Below are positions 20,987 to 32,261 of a stretch of 64,000 nucleotides of DNA, in pieces. The position numbers and the translations under genes are program-made. This stretch comes from an uncultured bacterium (GTDB taxonomy: Bacteria > Actinomycetota > Coriobacteriia > Coriobacteriales > Coriobacteriaceae): positions 9,379 through 73,378 of the forward strand of contig CAJMMX010000001.1 of NCBI GenBank assembly GCA_905214615.1, given 5' to 3'. The number at the start of each line of letters is the position of its first letter. Positions within the stretch are counted from its first letter, which is position 1. The notes under the pieces were generated by a model. It ran no database searches. It was given only the letters and a program-made list of their open reading frames with translations, and was not told where the DNA came from.

Positions 20987-21628
20987 ATGGTCTCGCGGGT
21001 TCTCTACCGACCGTTTGATACCGAAGACTTCGACGCCATCGCGCTGATTCTGCAGCAGCTTTGGCATAACAATTCGGATAACGATGAGTACAACCGCCTT
21101 GAGGCCGCGTGCGACCTCGCCTATTGCCTTTCGTCGTCGACGTTTTCGCAGGTTGCGGTGATTGACGGTCAGGCGCGTGGCATTTCGCTCGCGCGTGCGG
21201 GACAGAGCTCCGGCGCCACCGTTAAGGAACACTGGATGGATACCGAACGCGCGCTGCTATCGCAGATGCGTGAGCTGGAGCCCGATGCCTGCGCCGAGTA
21301 TCTCTCGTTTGTACGCGCAACCATCCGAACCAACAACCGTCTGCTCGAGAGCAGCCCGTTGCCGCACGACAACGAGGTCACGCTGCTTGCCGTGGATCGC
21401 GATGTCCATGGCCTGGGCGTTGGCACGGTTCTGCTCGATGCCGCAGTCTCGCACCTGTCCTCGCTTGGAGCGACGAGGGCGCACCTGTACACCGACTCCA
21501 ACTGCTCGTGGAAGTTCTACGAGCTGCACGGCTTTAAGCGCACGGCCACGCACCGCGCCAACCGCGAAGAGCGCCGCCACGCCATGCCGCGTGAAAGCTT
21601 TCTCTACGAACTCGACCTAACAGCCTAG
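20987..21628 (+). CDS. GNAT N-acetyltransferase
   Basis: LAVDRDVHGLGVGTVL acetyl-CoA motif; FYELHGF. Confidence 0.88.
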   Translation: MVSRVLYRPFDTEDFDAIALILQQLWHNNSDNDEYNRLEAACDLAYCLSSSTFSQVAVIDGQARGISLARAGQSSGATVKEHWMDTERALLSQMRELEPDACAEYLSFVRATIRTNNRLLESSPLPHDNEVTLLAVDRDVHGLGVGTVLLDAAVSHLSSLGATRAHLYTDSNCSWKFYELHGFKRTATHRANREERRHAMPRESFLYELDLTA

Positions 21629-21642
21629 CCCAAGCAGCCACA

Positions 21643-21713
21643 CCTAGTCATTTAAGAACGTCCCCAATGACTGATCCCCAACAACTAGTCATTTAAGTCT
21701 GTCCCCAATGAGT
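21643..21713. repeat. Two tandem copies of the REP-like repeat
   Basis: CCTAGTCATTTAAGAACGTCCCCAATGACT and CTAGTCATTTAAGTCTGTCCCCAATGAGT. Confidence 0.8.
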
Positions 21714-21738
21714 GGCCTAGGGGGTTTGTAGATAGCCC

Positions 21739-21966
21739 TGGTCAAAAAACATCAAATATGAGTACTGTTACCTTTTTAGTAGCAGCGATTTGGGACATTT
21801 TTGACGCTTGTAGGCATGACGACCAGCTGCATGAGCTGACGTAGCTCCCCAAATGTTCAATAAAATGGGCTCCTAACGAGAAGTACTCTCATTAGGAGCC
21901 CATTATTATGTGCAAACATATGTGACCAACGCAGCAACAGTACTCATATTTGGCATTTTTTGTCCA
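21739..21966. mobile_element. MITE-like non-coding element, about 225 bp
   Basis: Imperfect ~33-bp terminal inverted repeats with core CAAATATGAGTACTGTT; internal hairpin at about 21865-21905; no credible ORF. Confidence 0.6.
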
Positions 21967-22080
21967 CTGCCCCTTGCGCGAAGGTCCTCAGCGGAAAGTT
22001 TGACCCGTTTCGATGCACAAAAATGGGATGAATCTTCCCTGGCAACCGCCCAGAAAGATCCACCCCAAAGCAAGCGCTCG

Positions 22081-24027
22081 CTAGAACGTTCCGCCGCCGC
22101 CTCCGCCGACGCCGCCACCGCCGCCACCGGAAAAGCCGCCACCGCTGCCGCCGCTCGAGCTATCGGAACTCGAAGCCAGCTCGCGGATGGTCTCGTGGTA
22201 CACATCGTTGAACGAATCGAGCGGGGACTCGTTGCCGTAGTGATGGTAATACCACCAGTAGCAGGGGTAGTTGTCGTAGAAATCGTCACTGTTGCGCAGG
22301 TCCGCAGGCACGGCTTCGGCCAGCTGTCGCAGCACTTCTTTCGAAACGCCCAGGGCAACGCCCATCACCAGAAACTTGTTCCACAAGATCAGGTCGCTGG
22401 GGACGGCCTCCTTCAGACGCGTAAAGTCCTCGAGCCAATGCTTGAGCGCCTTGCAGCGAGCCGCCACCTCGGCGCCCTCCGGCGTGTAACGGCGGAAGGT
22501 GCAGCTCAGGACAAAGCCCACGATCGTGACGGGGATCGAGATCATAGCGGCGCCGACATTGGCGTCCGCAAAGTCGGTATAGAACAGAGAGCCCAAAATG
22601 CCAAAGACAATGATGATGCCGAGAACCAGGCCGGCCACCATCGCGATAGTGCCATCCGATGCGATAAACTCGCACTCCTCCAGCTTGCCCTTAACCGTGC
22701 TCTGATAGTCCTCGAGCTTGTCGCCAACAGATTCAGTACGCTCGCTGGCAAACTCCTCCAGCTCGCTAAACGTGCGCGAACGGACGCCGTCTTTATCGGG
22801 CTTAACGCCAGCGAAGAAGACCTTGAGCACGTCGCGATCGATGCCGTCCTTCTTGGCAGCCTTCCAGGCCTCGTCGGTCACTGTGATGCGATACGTCTGC
22901 TCCTCTTTTTCGCGACGGAGCAGACCCTTCTTCTTGGTCTCGGTCGCTTCTTCCAGCTTGATCACGCGGTCGTCGGTCAGCTTCATCAGCGTGGCGATAT
23001 ATGCCTGATCGGGCACGTCGTTCCAGCTCATAAGAGTTGCAAGCACCGCGGGATGATCGGCGGAGGGCACATCGCGGAAGTACTCGTCCTGGAAGAGCGG
23101 CTTGGGCTTGGGCCTGCGCAGCTTGAGCATCACGATTACACCGGTATAGGCAACCGCCACAACAACACACACCACGGCAATCGCGCTGGCAACCGCACGC
23201 GCGTGCTCACGGCGGGCGTTAGCTTCGTCGGCCCATTCCTTCTCTTCGCTCAGGATCGTTGACATGCGCTCTTCGCCCGAAGCGGCAAGCTGCGGCACCC
23301 AGTCGCTAGGGAAGGCGATGCGTGCCTCGGCGAATTCGCCCTGGTGCACGCAGGGAATGGTATAGGTGACCATGGGCTCGTCCGCATCGAGCGACACGTC
23401 GCCCGTCAGCGGGCCGTGGCCCCATGCGCGGAAGTTATCGCCCTTGACGGCAGCCGTCCCGGCAGCGGCATTTGCAAAGTAGACCTCCATCTCGACGTCA
23501 TCGGAGTCCGCCGACCAGCCGTCGCCGACGAATTTCCAGTAGAGCTCGGCGGTATCGGCCCAGTTCATAACCGCACCGGTCATGGAATAACTCACGTAGT
23601 AGATTGCGCTGTCGCCGCTCTCGTGAGGGCTGAACACCTTAATCTTTACGCCGTCGTCGGACTGTTCCACCGTGTAAACGCCGTCGTCGCCTTTATTTGC
23701 GCTGTCGACCTTGTTAAACGCAGTGTCGTCTTCCTCGACGCTCAGCACATTGACGACCACCGAGCCGCCTTGCTGGTTAGAGCCTGTATTGATATCCCAA
23801 TACACGCCGTTAATGTCATCGTCGAAATCGAACTGGCGTCCCTCGACAACGGTCAGCGAGCCATCGGCCTCAACCGTGGCACCGATATAGGTTTGGCTCA
23901 TGGAGTAGCCGTCGGCGTGCGCGACGGCAGGCAGCAGCAACAACGCAAGCGCGACGAGTGCGCAGACGGAAGCGAACCGCGCAAACAGGCGGCGCTGCCG
24001 ACAGGGCTGGGCAACGGGGGCGTTCAT
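22081..24027 (-). CDS. DUF2207 family membrane protein
   Basis: Signal peptide ending AHA-D; DTAELYWKFVG; TM segments; C-terminal SSGGSGGGFSGGGGGGVGGGGGGTF. Confidence 0.88.
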   Translation of the reverse strand: MNAPVAQPCRQRRLFARFASVCALVALALLLLPAVAHADGYSMSQTYIGATVEADGSLTVVEGRQFDFDDDINGVYWDINTGSNQQGGSVVVNVLSVEEDDTAFNKVDSANKGDDGVYTVEQSDDGVKIKVFSPHESGDSAIYYVSYSMTGAVMNWADTAELYWKFVGDGWSADSDDVEMEVYFANAAAGTAAVKGDNFRAWGHGPLTGDVSLDADEPMVTYTIPCVHQGEFAEARIAFPSDWVPQLAASGEERMSTILSEEKEWADEANARREHARAVASAIAVVCVVVAVAYTGVIVMLKLRRPKPKPLFQDEYFRDVPSADHPAVLATLMSWNDVPDQAYIATLMKLTDDRVIKLEEATETKKKGLLRREKEEQTYRITVTDEAWKAAKKDGIDRDVLKVFFAGVKPDKDGVRSRTFSELEEFASERTESVGDKLEDYQSTVKGKLEECEFIASDGTIAMVAGLVLGIIIVFGILGSLFYTDFADANVGAAMISIPVTIVGFVLSCTFRRYTPEGAEVAARCKALKHWLEDFTRLKEAVPSDLILWNKFLVMGVALGVSKEVLRQLAEAVPADLRNSDDFYDNYPCYWWYYHHYGNESPLDSFNDVYHETIRELASSSDSSSGGSGGGFSGGGGGGVGGGGGGTF

Positions 24028-24537
24028 AGGCACATCCTTTGTCTGTGGTACCAGTAGCGTCATTGTCCCACGTTTGCGGGTTCATGTGACGAACATCTAA
24101 GTCAGCGGAGCGTCAAAACGGGACAAAAGTCACGCCCGCCGCCGGCACCTGGTGACGTTCCCTATCTGCCGGTAATCTGGAACACTCCTTGGCATAGCCC
24201 GCTCCGGCAATAGATACCACTTCATAGCTCCATCACAGGTGTAGCGGCTTTGTGTGGGCGCGGCATTCGCTGATTGAGCCGCCAGTTGAGGGGCATAAAG
24301 CAGTTGAGCGAAAACGGTTTGCCCCTTTGCCGTCCGCTTGAGGATCATGTCCCCCTTTTCCGCGGAAACCCCGGCAGTTGCGAAGAGCTGCCGGGGTTTC
24401 TGTCGTTTGAGGGCTAGATTGATTGACGACGATTAAGGCGCCGAGCCGGTGGTCCGGCACGCGCAACGTGTGGCCGCGGCAACTTGCGAGCATCGACGAC
24501 GCCTCCCCTCACCTCACCCCGCGCTATACTCGTCCGC

Positions 24538-25557
24538 ATGGATATCAACGCATGCAACATAGCAACGCCCGCCGTGGCCACGTCGACGGCGACCAACAGC
24601 AAGCTCGTCCCCGCCCCCGCGCCTGTCGTGGGCCGTTTTGCCCCGTCACCCTCGGGCCGCATGCACCTGGGCAACGTGTTCAGCTGCCTGTGCGCGTGGC
24701 TTTCGGCCCGCAGCCAGGGCGGCAGCATCGTGTTACGCATTGAGGACCTGGACGATCGCTGCAAGCGCCCCGAACTTGCCGCTCAATTGATTGACGACCT
24801 GGCCTGGCTGGGGCTGGAGTGGGACGAAGGCCCCTACTACCAGCACGACCGCCTGGACTTGTACGAGGACGCCCTGCACCAGTTGCAATACGCCGGCCTC
24901 ACCTATCCCTGCTTTTGCACACGCGCCGAGCTCCACGCCGCGAGTGCACCGCACGCGAGCGACGGCACGCCCATCTACCGTGGCGCCTGCCGAAGTCTTT
25001 CGGCCGAGGAGGTGGCCCGCCGCAGCGCCCTGCGCGCGCCGGCCACACGTCTGCGCGTGCCCACCGTCGACGACCTCGCAGACGACGTGATCGAATTTGT
25101 GGATCGCACGTACGGCGCCCAATGCGAAGCACTCGCCACCGAGTGCGGCGACTTTTTGGTGCGCCGCAGCGACGGCGTGTTTGCCTATCAGCTAGCCGTG
25201 GTGGTCGACGACGCTGCCATGGGCGTCACCGAGGTCGTGCGCGGATGCGACCTGCTGGGGTCCACGCCGCGCCAGATCTATCTGCAGCACCTGTTGGGAC
25301 TGCCCACGCCGCACTACGCACATATTCCGCTGCTCATGGCACCGGACGGCCGCCGCCTTTCCAAACGAGACCGCGATCTGGACCTGGGCGAACTCCGCGC
25401 CCGCTTTGGCACGCCCGAAGCGCTGCTGGGTTGGCTCGCCGGACAAACAGGCATCGCGCCGGGCACCACGCCGCGCTCTGCCGAGCAGCTGGTCGAGCAT
25501 TTTAGCTGGGATGTTATCCGCAAGCACAGGGAGAACATTACCGTAACGGCTGAGTAA
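24538..25557 (+). CDS. gluQ: Glutamyl-Q tRNA(Asp) synthetase
   Basis: GRFAPSPSGRMHLGN, LRIEDLD, YPCFCTR, YQLAVVVDD and RLSKR; no anticodon-binding domain. Start uncertain. Confidence 0.92.
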   Translation: MDINACNIATPAVATSTATNSKLVPAPAPVVGRFAPSPSGRMHLGNVFSCLCAWLSARSQGGSIVLRIEDLDDRCKRPELAAQLIDDLAWLGLEWDEGPYYQHDRLDLYEDALHQLQYAGLTYPCFCTRAELHAASAPHASDGTPIYRGACRSLSAEEVARRSALRAPATRLRVPTVDDLADDVIEFVDRTYGAQCEALATECGDFLVRRSDGVFAYQLAVVVDDAAMGVTEVVRGCDLLGSTPRQIYLQHLLGLPTPHYAHIPLLMAPDGRRLSKRDRDLDLGELRARFGTPEALLGWLAGQTGIAPGTTPRSAEQLVEHFSWDVIRKHRENITVTAE

Positions 25558-25572
25558 TCAGGCACCCCACCC

Positions 25573-26298
25573 CTACGCAACATCCCAGGGCTGGAGTTCG
25601 TCGCCCAGGCGAACGATGCAGTCGTAGAGCACGGTATGGCGCTCGGCCGGGTTGGCATCCCGATGAAAATGCCCGTAGTACCAGCGCTTGTAGTCCAAGC
25701 GGTCCTCCAGCTCATCGAAAAACGCCGTAAGCCGATCAACGGCGGGGCAATTCCAGCCGGGCGCCGGATAAAGCGTGGGCGAAAGCATGCGCGTAGAGCA
25801 GGTGTGGGTGACCACGTAGTCGACCTTCCAGCCCACGCCGTCGAGCTTTGTCCGCGCCTCCTCAAAGTTGCGCTCGTCCGGCAGCTCCTGCGGCCACCAG
25901 CTGGAATACGGAATGCGGTATTCCTTGTCCACGCTCGTGGCGCCGCCCATGGTAAAGACCGTTGAGCCGTCGAGTTCAAAAACCTCGCCGCGCGTCAGGC
26001 GCCGTATGGGCGAGGTGTCCGACAGGCGCTGTGTCAGTCCGCCGTGCCACAACTCCATGGGTCGCTCCGCCCAGTGGTCGAAACGTTCGTGGTTGCCGTC
26101 GACGAACAGCACGGTATAGGGGCGCGACTCCAGCCAAGCGATGTCGGCGCACTCCTCGGCAGAGAAATCCCACGGAAGGCCAAAGTCGCCGGCAATGATG
26201 AGATAGTCGTCGCTCGTCAGGCTTTCCCCAAGATCCCAATCGCGCAGCTTTTGCATGTCAGCGCCGCCATGGACGTCGCCCGTCACATAGACCGTCAT
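25573..26298 (-). CDS. Calcineurin-like metallophosphoesterase
   Basis: GDVHG, AGDFG, DGNHE, VVTH and GHFH motifs. Confidence 0.92.
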   Translation of the reverse strand: MTVYVTGDVHGGADMQKLRDWDLGESLTSDDYLIIAGDFGLPWDFSAEECADIAWLESRPYTVLFVDGNHERFDHWAERPMELWHGGLTQRLSDTSPIRRLTRGEVFELDGSTVFTMGGATSVDKEYRIPYSSWWPQELPDERNFEEARTKLDGVGWKVDYVVTHTCSTRMLSPTLYPAPGWNCPAVDRLTAFFDELEDRLDYKRWYYGHFHRDANPAERHTVLYDCIVRLGDELQPWDVA

Positions 26299-26933
26299 CG
26301 GATCACCACTTCCCTCTTATAGGTTTCGAGATCGCGCTCGACCTGCTCGTCGCCCGTGGCGTTGACCCACCACGGCCACTTAACGCAACACACCGGCTCG
26401 TCTACCTGTGCAAACCACGACTTGAGCTCCTCCAGGCTCACCGGGGCGTAGCCGTTGGCGTCCACGCCCACGTCGTAGCGCAGCAGCCCCTGCCGAAGGT
26501 TGAACTTGTTATACGCGTCGCCACAGCTGTGGATATGCCCGTGCAAATGCCAGCCGCCGTGCGACATACCCTGCCAGTCGACCATGGGATAGTGGCTCAG
26601 CACGATTTTCTGACGGTCGATCTTGAGCACGCAAATGGGCGGCTCGACGATAAAAGCATCCGCCACCGCAGGCTGCGTCCAGTCTTTATCGTGGTTGCCG
26701 GGCAGCAGATGGATGCGCTTGCATGCAATGCTTTTGCGCAACTCGTAGGCATCTTGGACCGTCATCTTAAAGCTGAAGTCACCCAAAATGTAAAGCTCGT
26801 CATCCGCAGCGACCTTGCTATTAATGCTAGCGACCATGGCGTCGTTCATCTGCCCAACAGTCGACCAAGGCCTGTCGGCGAGCCGCAGCATGTTCTCGTG
26901 CCCAAAGTGGGTATCGCTGGTAAACCAGATCAT
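26295..26933 (-). CDS. Calcineurin-like metallophosphoesterase, second subfamily
   Basis: SDTHFGH, LGDF, PGNHD, SHYP, HGHIH and DVGVD motifs. Confidence 0.92.
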   Translation of the reverse strand: MIWFTSDTHFGHENMLRLADRPWSTVGQMNDAMVASINSKVAADDELYILGDFSFKMTVQDAYELRKSIACKRIHLLPGNHDKDWTQPAVADAFIVEPPICVLKIDRQKIVLSHYPMVDWQGMSHGGWHLHGHIHSCGDAYNKFNLRQGLLRYDVGVDANGYAPVSLEELKSWFAQVDEPVCCVKWPWWVNATGDEQVERDLETYKREVVIR

Positions 26934-26942
26934 GGGGACCTC

Positions 26943-27701
26943 CTAACGCTCTTGCTCAAAATAGTCACTCGCCGTCTCATCCTGCCCATCGGCACATCGC
27001 GCTTCGATCGGCACGATATCTTGGTAGATAAGGCGATGCTTGTCATCGCGCCATTCATCGTCATGGTAATGGCCAAAGAACCAGGTGCGGTAGTCGAGCC
27101 GCCCGTCGAGCTCGCCCAAAAAGGCCTGCAGCGAATCGTCGTAGAACTCGCGATTGCACTCCATGCACAGCTCGTCAGCCAAATCGACCGGCGCCTCGTG
27201 CGTCACAACATAGTCGACCTTCCAGCCCGCGCGATCGAGCGAGGCGCGACAGTGTTTGATCTCGCGCTCACTCGGCATCTCCTCGGGCCACCACGTCTTT
27301 CCCTCCTGACGCCACTGTTTGTCATGGCTCGCGGCGCCACCCATGGCGAGCACCGTGGTCCCCGTGATGTCGAACACCTCGCCGCGCATCAGGTGCAGCA
27401 CGTGCGGGCGAACCTCGTGAACGAGGCCCCCGTTCCACTCACGCATTGGCAGCCCCGCCAGCAGATGATGGTTCTCGTGATTGCCGTCGACAAAACACGT
27501 GGTCCAGGGCTTGGACTCAAACCAGTCGAGCCAGTATTTGTCGGTGTTCGAGCCGCTCCATATAAAGCCAAAGTCGCCGGCAACGATGACAACGTCATCG
27601 CGCGTCAGCGTTCGACCCAATGGCCAAACGCGCGACGAGAAGCGACTCGCCCCATACTCGGCAACACCGTGAACGTCTCCGGTAACGAAAATAGACATCA
27701 A
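26943..27701 (-). CDS. Calcineurin-like metallophosphoesterase (paralog of 25573-26298)
   Basis: GDVHG, AGDFG, DGNHE, WWPEEMP, VVTH and GHYH motifs. Confidence 0.92.
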   Translation of the reverse strand: MMSIFVTGDVHGVAEYGASRFSSRVWPLGRTLTRDDVVIVAGDFGFIWSGSNTDKYWLDWFESKPWTTCFVDGNHENHHLLAGLPMREWNGGLVHEVRPHVLHLMRGEVFDITGTTVLAMGGAASHDKQWRQEGKTWWPEEMPSEREIKHCRASLDRAGWKVDYVVTHEAPVDLADELCMECNREFYDDSLQAFLGELDGRLDYRTWFFGHYHDDEWRDDKHRLIYQDIVPIEARCADGQDETASDYFEQER

Positions 27702-27825
27702 ACAACACCTCCGTGCTGTGCGACTCTGGACAAATCAATGGAAGAAATTGCAGGCCGGGCCGGCATCTGTATCCCTTAGGGCTTACCCTTCGTTCTTCCA
27801 TCCAAACGGATCAAACACCCAAAAA

Positions 27826-28191
27826 CTAGATCGAGCACACTGTTGGCGGGCAGCATGTTGGGCAGGGCGTCTTGCCTCGCTTGAGTGCAGCCGCTAATGG
27901 TACGCTTGTTTTAATGGCGTTTTGAGGAAGGCTTTTGCACCCCGTAGAACGGTGGTAAATCTTGCCGTTCTTAGTGACGATTACCTTGATTTTTGAGGTA
28001 TCCACGCTGCGGGGCTCGATGGGCGCAGCCACCTCTTGACGAGCTGGCGCTGTTTTCCAAGGCTTGCCTCTCGAAAAACCAAAATCGCAGAATCGATTGA
28101 TATAGCTGTCGAAACATCCATCGAACAGCAACCCCGTTGCCAGACCCGCCATGAATCCGCAGGCGATCGCGGCCTCTCCTCTTATTTGCAT
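27826..28191 (-). CDS. Small membrane-anchored protein with C-terminal Ada-like metal-binding motif
   Basis: GGAGGG RBS; hydrophobic N-terminus; VTKNGKIYH...C...GKTPCPTC. Confidence 0.65.
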   Translation of the reverse strand: MQIRGEAAIACGFMAGLATGLLFDGCFDSYINRFCDFGFSRGKPWKTAPARQEVAAPIEPRSVDTSKIKVIVTKNGKIYHRSTGCKSLPQNAIKTSVPLAAALKRGKTPCPTCCPPTVCSI

Positions 28192-28287
28192 ATATCCCTC
28201 CTTAATCAATCTTGAAGAAAAAGGCGGCGCGCGCCGCAGAGCCCATGCCCCTGCGGTGCGCGCCAAAAACAGCGCGCTTCCCTGTCC

Positions 28288-31200
28288 CTAACGGATCAGC
28301 TGGCGGCGCTTATCGGACAGGAATACGCCGGCGGCCACCAGGACCGTGCCGCCGATCACGAAGGTCTCACCCAGCAGCTCGGACGCATCGCCCGTGGCGG
28401 GCATCGCCGTCTGCCAAGTCGTGGCCTCGGTCTTTGCCTCCGCATGCTTGGCCTGGTACGTCACTTGCGTGACGGGCTGGGTCTGCTCGCCGTTTCCGCG
28501 GTCGGCGGCCTCTTGGCGAGCGATCTCGGCGTTAAGCTCGGCAATAGCCTGGTCGAGCTCGACCTTGGCGGCGGTGTAGTTGGCGAGCGCCTCCAAGTAT
28601 GCCGGCGCCACGGCATCCGTCGCAGCCACGGCGTCATCGAGTTCGGCCTTGGCGGTCGCGGCACGCTCGGCGGCATCGTGGGCCGCAGCGATCTTGGCGT
28701 TAAGTACCTCGTCCGCATCGTCAGTGCTGCCGCTGACAATGGCTTCGGCAATATTGATTCTGCGCAGGCGGGCAACCGCGGCGGCAGAGGCGTCGCGCGC
28801 GACAGTCGCATCCACCACGGCATCGTCAGCCTCCACCACGTCATACTCGGCATCGCTCACGGCCATCGCCGCTGCATCGAGCGCGGCATCGGCAGTCGCT
28901 TTGTCCCCAGTGGCCTTGGCAAGTGCTGCGGCGGCATTCTTAAGCTGAGAGGCGCGGGCGGCAGCTGCATCAGATTTTGCCTGAGCCGTTGCCACGACGG
29001 CGTCGGCATCGCTTGCAGCCCGCTGCGCCATATCGAGCTCCACCTGAGTGGCAGCAGCATCGATGCCTGCCTGATCGGCATCGCCTTGGGTGGCAAGAAG
29101 TTCGGCCTCCGCCTCGCGCTGATTGGCACGCGCGCTTTCGAGTGCAGACGACGCCGCATCAAACGCACGCTGAGCGCGGCGATATCGGCTGAGTACGCCG
29201 CTAGCTCATCCTGGGCCGCGGCAAGTGCATCCCGTTTGTCGCCAACACCGGCACGAGCGGCGTCCAGTGCGCGCTTGGCAGCAGCCACCTTGCCCTTGGC
29301 AATGTCGAGCTCGCCAGACTTGGCGGCCACGGCGTCCTGCGCTGCCGCAACAGCGGCGTTGGCAGCGCTCAAATCGGCGCGGGCATCGCTGACGGCACGC
29401 GCGGCGGCGTCAGCTGCAGCCTGCTTTTGCGCCACGGCAGCCTGGGCCTCCGAGGCCTTGGTTGCCGCGACATCAACGTTAGCGGCAGCGCGCTCAACCT
29501 GGGTTTGCTTTGCTGCAACGGCCTGCGATGCTGCACTCACCTTGCTGCCGGCATCGTCGGCAACGCCCTGCGCCACAGCAAGCTCCTTGCGTGCCGCATC
29601 CACGCCCTGCTCGGGATTTGCCAACGAGTCACACCACGCATTCAACGCAGCCTCATACTCTGCAACCGTCATCGGATTGAGGTTATACGGCTTATACCAT
29701 TGACCAGAATATACAAATGTTTGCGCCTGTGTACTCCCGTACAGCGTCCCTCGCGTGCAAACGCCCATGCCCGTCACGGTGTAATCGGGGTTGATCACGT
29801 TGATGTAATGTCCGACCGAAGGGTTTGGTCCACCGTGCAGTGCGGCGTAGTTATCAATCTGGGAGCTATGCGCTGTATAGAAATCGTAAGCGGCCTTTCC
29901 CGTAAGGCCCGACGCGCCCAGCGAGGCGGCGGCAGCATCAAAGATGGCCTTCTCCTGATCGACCCACTGCTTAAACGGATTGCTTCCGTAGTTCCACGCC
30001 ACATTCTCGCCCACGTTAAACTGCTGAGCGTGCGCGACCTTCGTATCGGAGAAGTTCGCGTCGGCGATGGCGGTCGCCATCATGGCATATGTCACCTTGA
30101 GCTCGCCTAGGCCAACGCTTGCGCGATACCCGTTGCACGCTTTGAGCCACACAACCGCCTGCTTCATATTGGTCAGGCTCGTCGCGTCGACTTCCTCGCC
30201 CACCTTGTTGTAGCCAGCGAGTTTGCAGTTGAGGATGATATCCGCCGCATCGTCGGCACCCACACTCTTAAAGAATGCGATGGCACCCTGGCGGTAGTTC
30301 TCCGCCGATGCATTCGCCGTTGCCTGAGCGGCATCGAGCTTTGCCTGGGCCTGAGCCACAGCCTGGTCGGCCTGCTGCTTTTGGGCCTTCGCCTGATCGA
30401 GCGCCTTGTCGGCAGCGTCTTTCTCGTCCTTGGCCGCCGAAAGCTTGGCCTGGGCATCGGCCAGCTCCGTGAGCGCACTGGCATGATCGGTCTTGGCCTG
30501 GTCAAGAGCGGCGTCGGCAGCGGTCTTGGCAGCAGCGGCGGCATCCAGCTTTGACTGGGCATCGGCAGCGGCCTGCTGCTGATCGGCAACTGCCTGCTGA
30601 GCAGTCTGAACCTCGCCCTCGGCGGCGGCAACGTCCTGCTCAGCGGCAGCAAGCTCGCTCTCGCACTTCGACTGCGCGGCCTTGGCGGCCGTCAGCGCTT
30701 CGGACGCAGCAGCCACCTTTGCCTTGGCGGCCTCGTACTCCGGGCCCGCGGCGCCCTGCTCGGCTCGATCCAGATCGGCCTTGGCCGCGTCATAGCTCGT
30801 CTGCGCGGCATCCACGTCCGCATCTGCCGCGGCCTTTGCCTGCTGAGCTGCCGAAAGCTTGCCCTGCGCGTCCTGCTGCTTGGCAGCGGCGGCAGTGGCA
30901 GCGTCTTGAGCATCCGAGAGCTTGGCCTGCGCATCAACGACCTGCTGCTTCGCCTGTTCCAGGTCACTCGCAGCCTGCCCTGCGGCAGCCTGGGCGGCAG
31001 CTACAGCCTCGGGCGTAGCATCGGATGCAGCAGCCTGTGCGGCCTCAAGCGCAGACTGGGCATCACGGGATGCCCTCTGGGCAGCAGTCAGGGCTTCATC
31101 CTTGTCCGCCAGCTCCTTCTTGGCAGCATCGAGCGCAGCCTGAGCGTCCTCAAACGCCTTGACATCCTGATCGGCCTTGTCCTGCGCAGCGCCCAGCTGC

Positions 31201-31637
31201 TTTTCCAGCTCGGCCGAAGCAGCGGAGGCCGCGCTATCGCTCGCACCGCGGGCCGCGTCATAGGCGCCCCGCGCCTGCTGCTGGTTGACGGCGGCAGCAT
31301 CGTAGGGAGCGGCAGCCGCTTCCAGATCGGCCTTGGCGGTAGCAGCTTTAGCGCGCGCCGCATCAACTGCAGCCTGCAGGTCGGCGACCTTTTGCGCTGC
31401 AGACACGGCACCCGCGCCAGTACCGGCGGCCGCAGCGCTCGTCAGCGGCGACATCACCGCAGCCGTTGCGCCCGCGGCGCCAATGCCATCCGCACCCTGC
31501 GCCGCCGCGGTCAGAGGCGACAGCAGCGAGCCGCCCGTCATGGCAATCGTCGCCGCAGCAACCGTCGCCACGCGCCCAGCCGCCCTGGCCTTACCCAAGG
31601 CCTTGCCGTTCATGTCCTTGTTCATGTTCTTGCTCAT
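28288..31637 (-). pseudogene. Frameshifted cell-wall-anchored coiled-coil protein with CAP/SCP domain and sortase motif
   Basis: Signal peptide, Ala-rich coiled coils, CAP motifs (NGYRASVGL, GENVAW, GHYINV); frame changes near 29175 into the ORF ending MPATGD-TM-KRR. Confidence 0.85.
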
Positions 31638-32261
31638 TGCCGATTCCTTCCCACGGTGAGCCGTTGTTTGACACAGATAGTCGATCTAACTTGCCCCGCT
31701 AAAAAGAGGTGATAACGGGGTAATTAAATTGAGCGAATTGAATCGTGATGAAACTGATCTCCGCAAAAGCCAAACTCATAGTTCCGCTCGCGCTCAATCT
31801 CATCTAAATACTCGAGTTCTTCGCCGCATGGCTTCTCTTCATCTAGAAATACAAGCCCGTTCTCTGCGCGAGAACCGACAGTGCAACCAAGGATAGTCTC
31901 GAGATTAATGTAACTACTATTATCGTTGTTAAAGGAGAAACTGCTGGTGCTCATGCTCAAGTCCCGTCTACATAAACTCAAATTGCTGTGCTTGGCCTCA
32001 TTTAGAGACCCCATCTCATACGCTATGACTGCAGTATATGCGCTCCGCTTGTATGTTGCAAGAACAATTTTATTTTTCTAACGCATATAACGGATGTTCA
32101 TTTCTGTAAACCGCCTCGCTCTCCCCCGCCGCTCCCTCACTTGTTTTGTTACATGTGTTGAATACCATCCCGTACGGACAAAATCTCACGCAGGGCGGTT
32201 AAGACAGTGGCGTCCATGCCACCAGAGAAAATAGAAGAAAGGAAAGAGAAGCAGTCGGCGA

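Noticed and set aside
24130..24348. 72-aa minus-strand ORF with an AAGGGG RBS
   Set aside because: No recognisable domain and atypical composition; may be a gene remnant but is unsupported.
31724..32014. 96-aa AT-rich ORF
   Set aside because: No clear RBS or motif; cannot be distinguished from a chance ORF.
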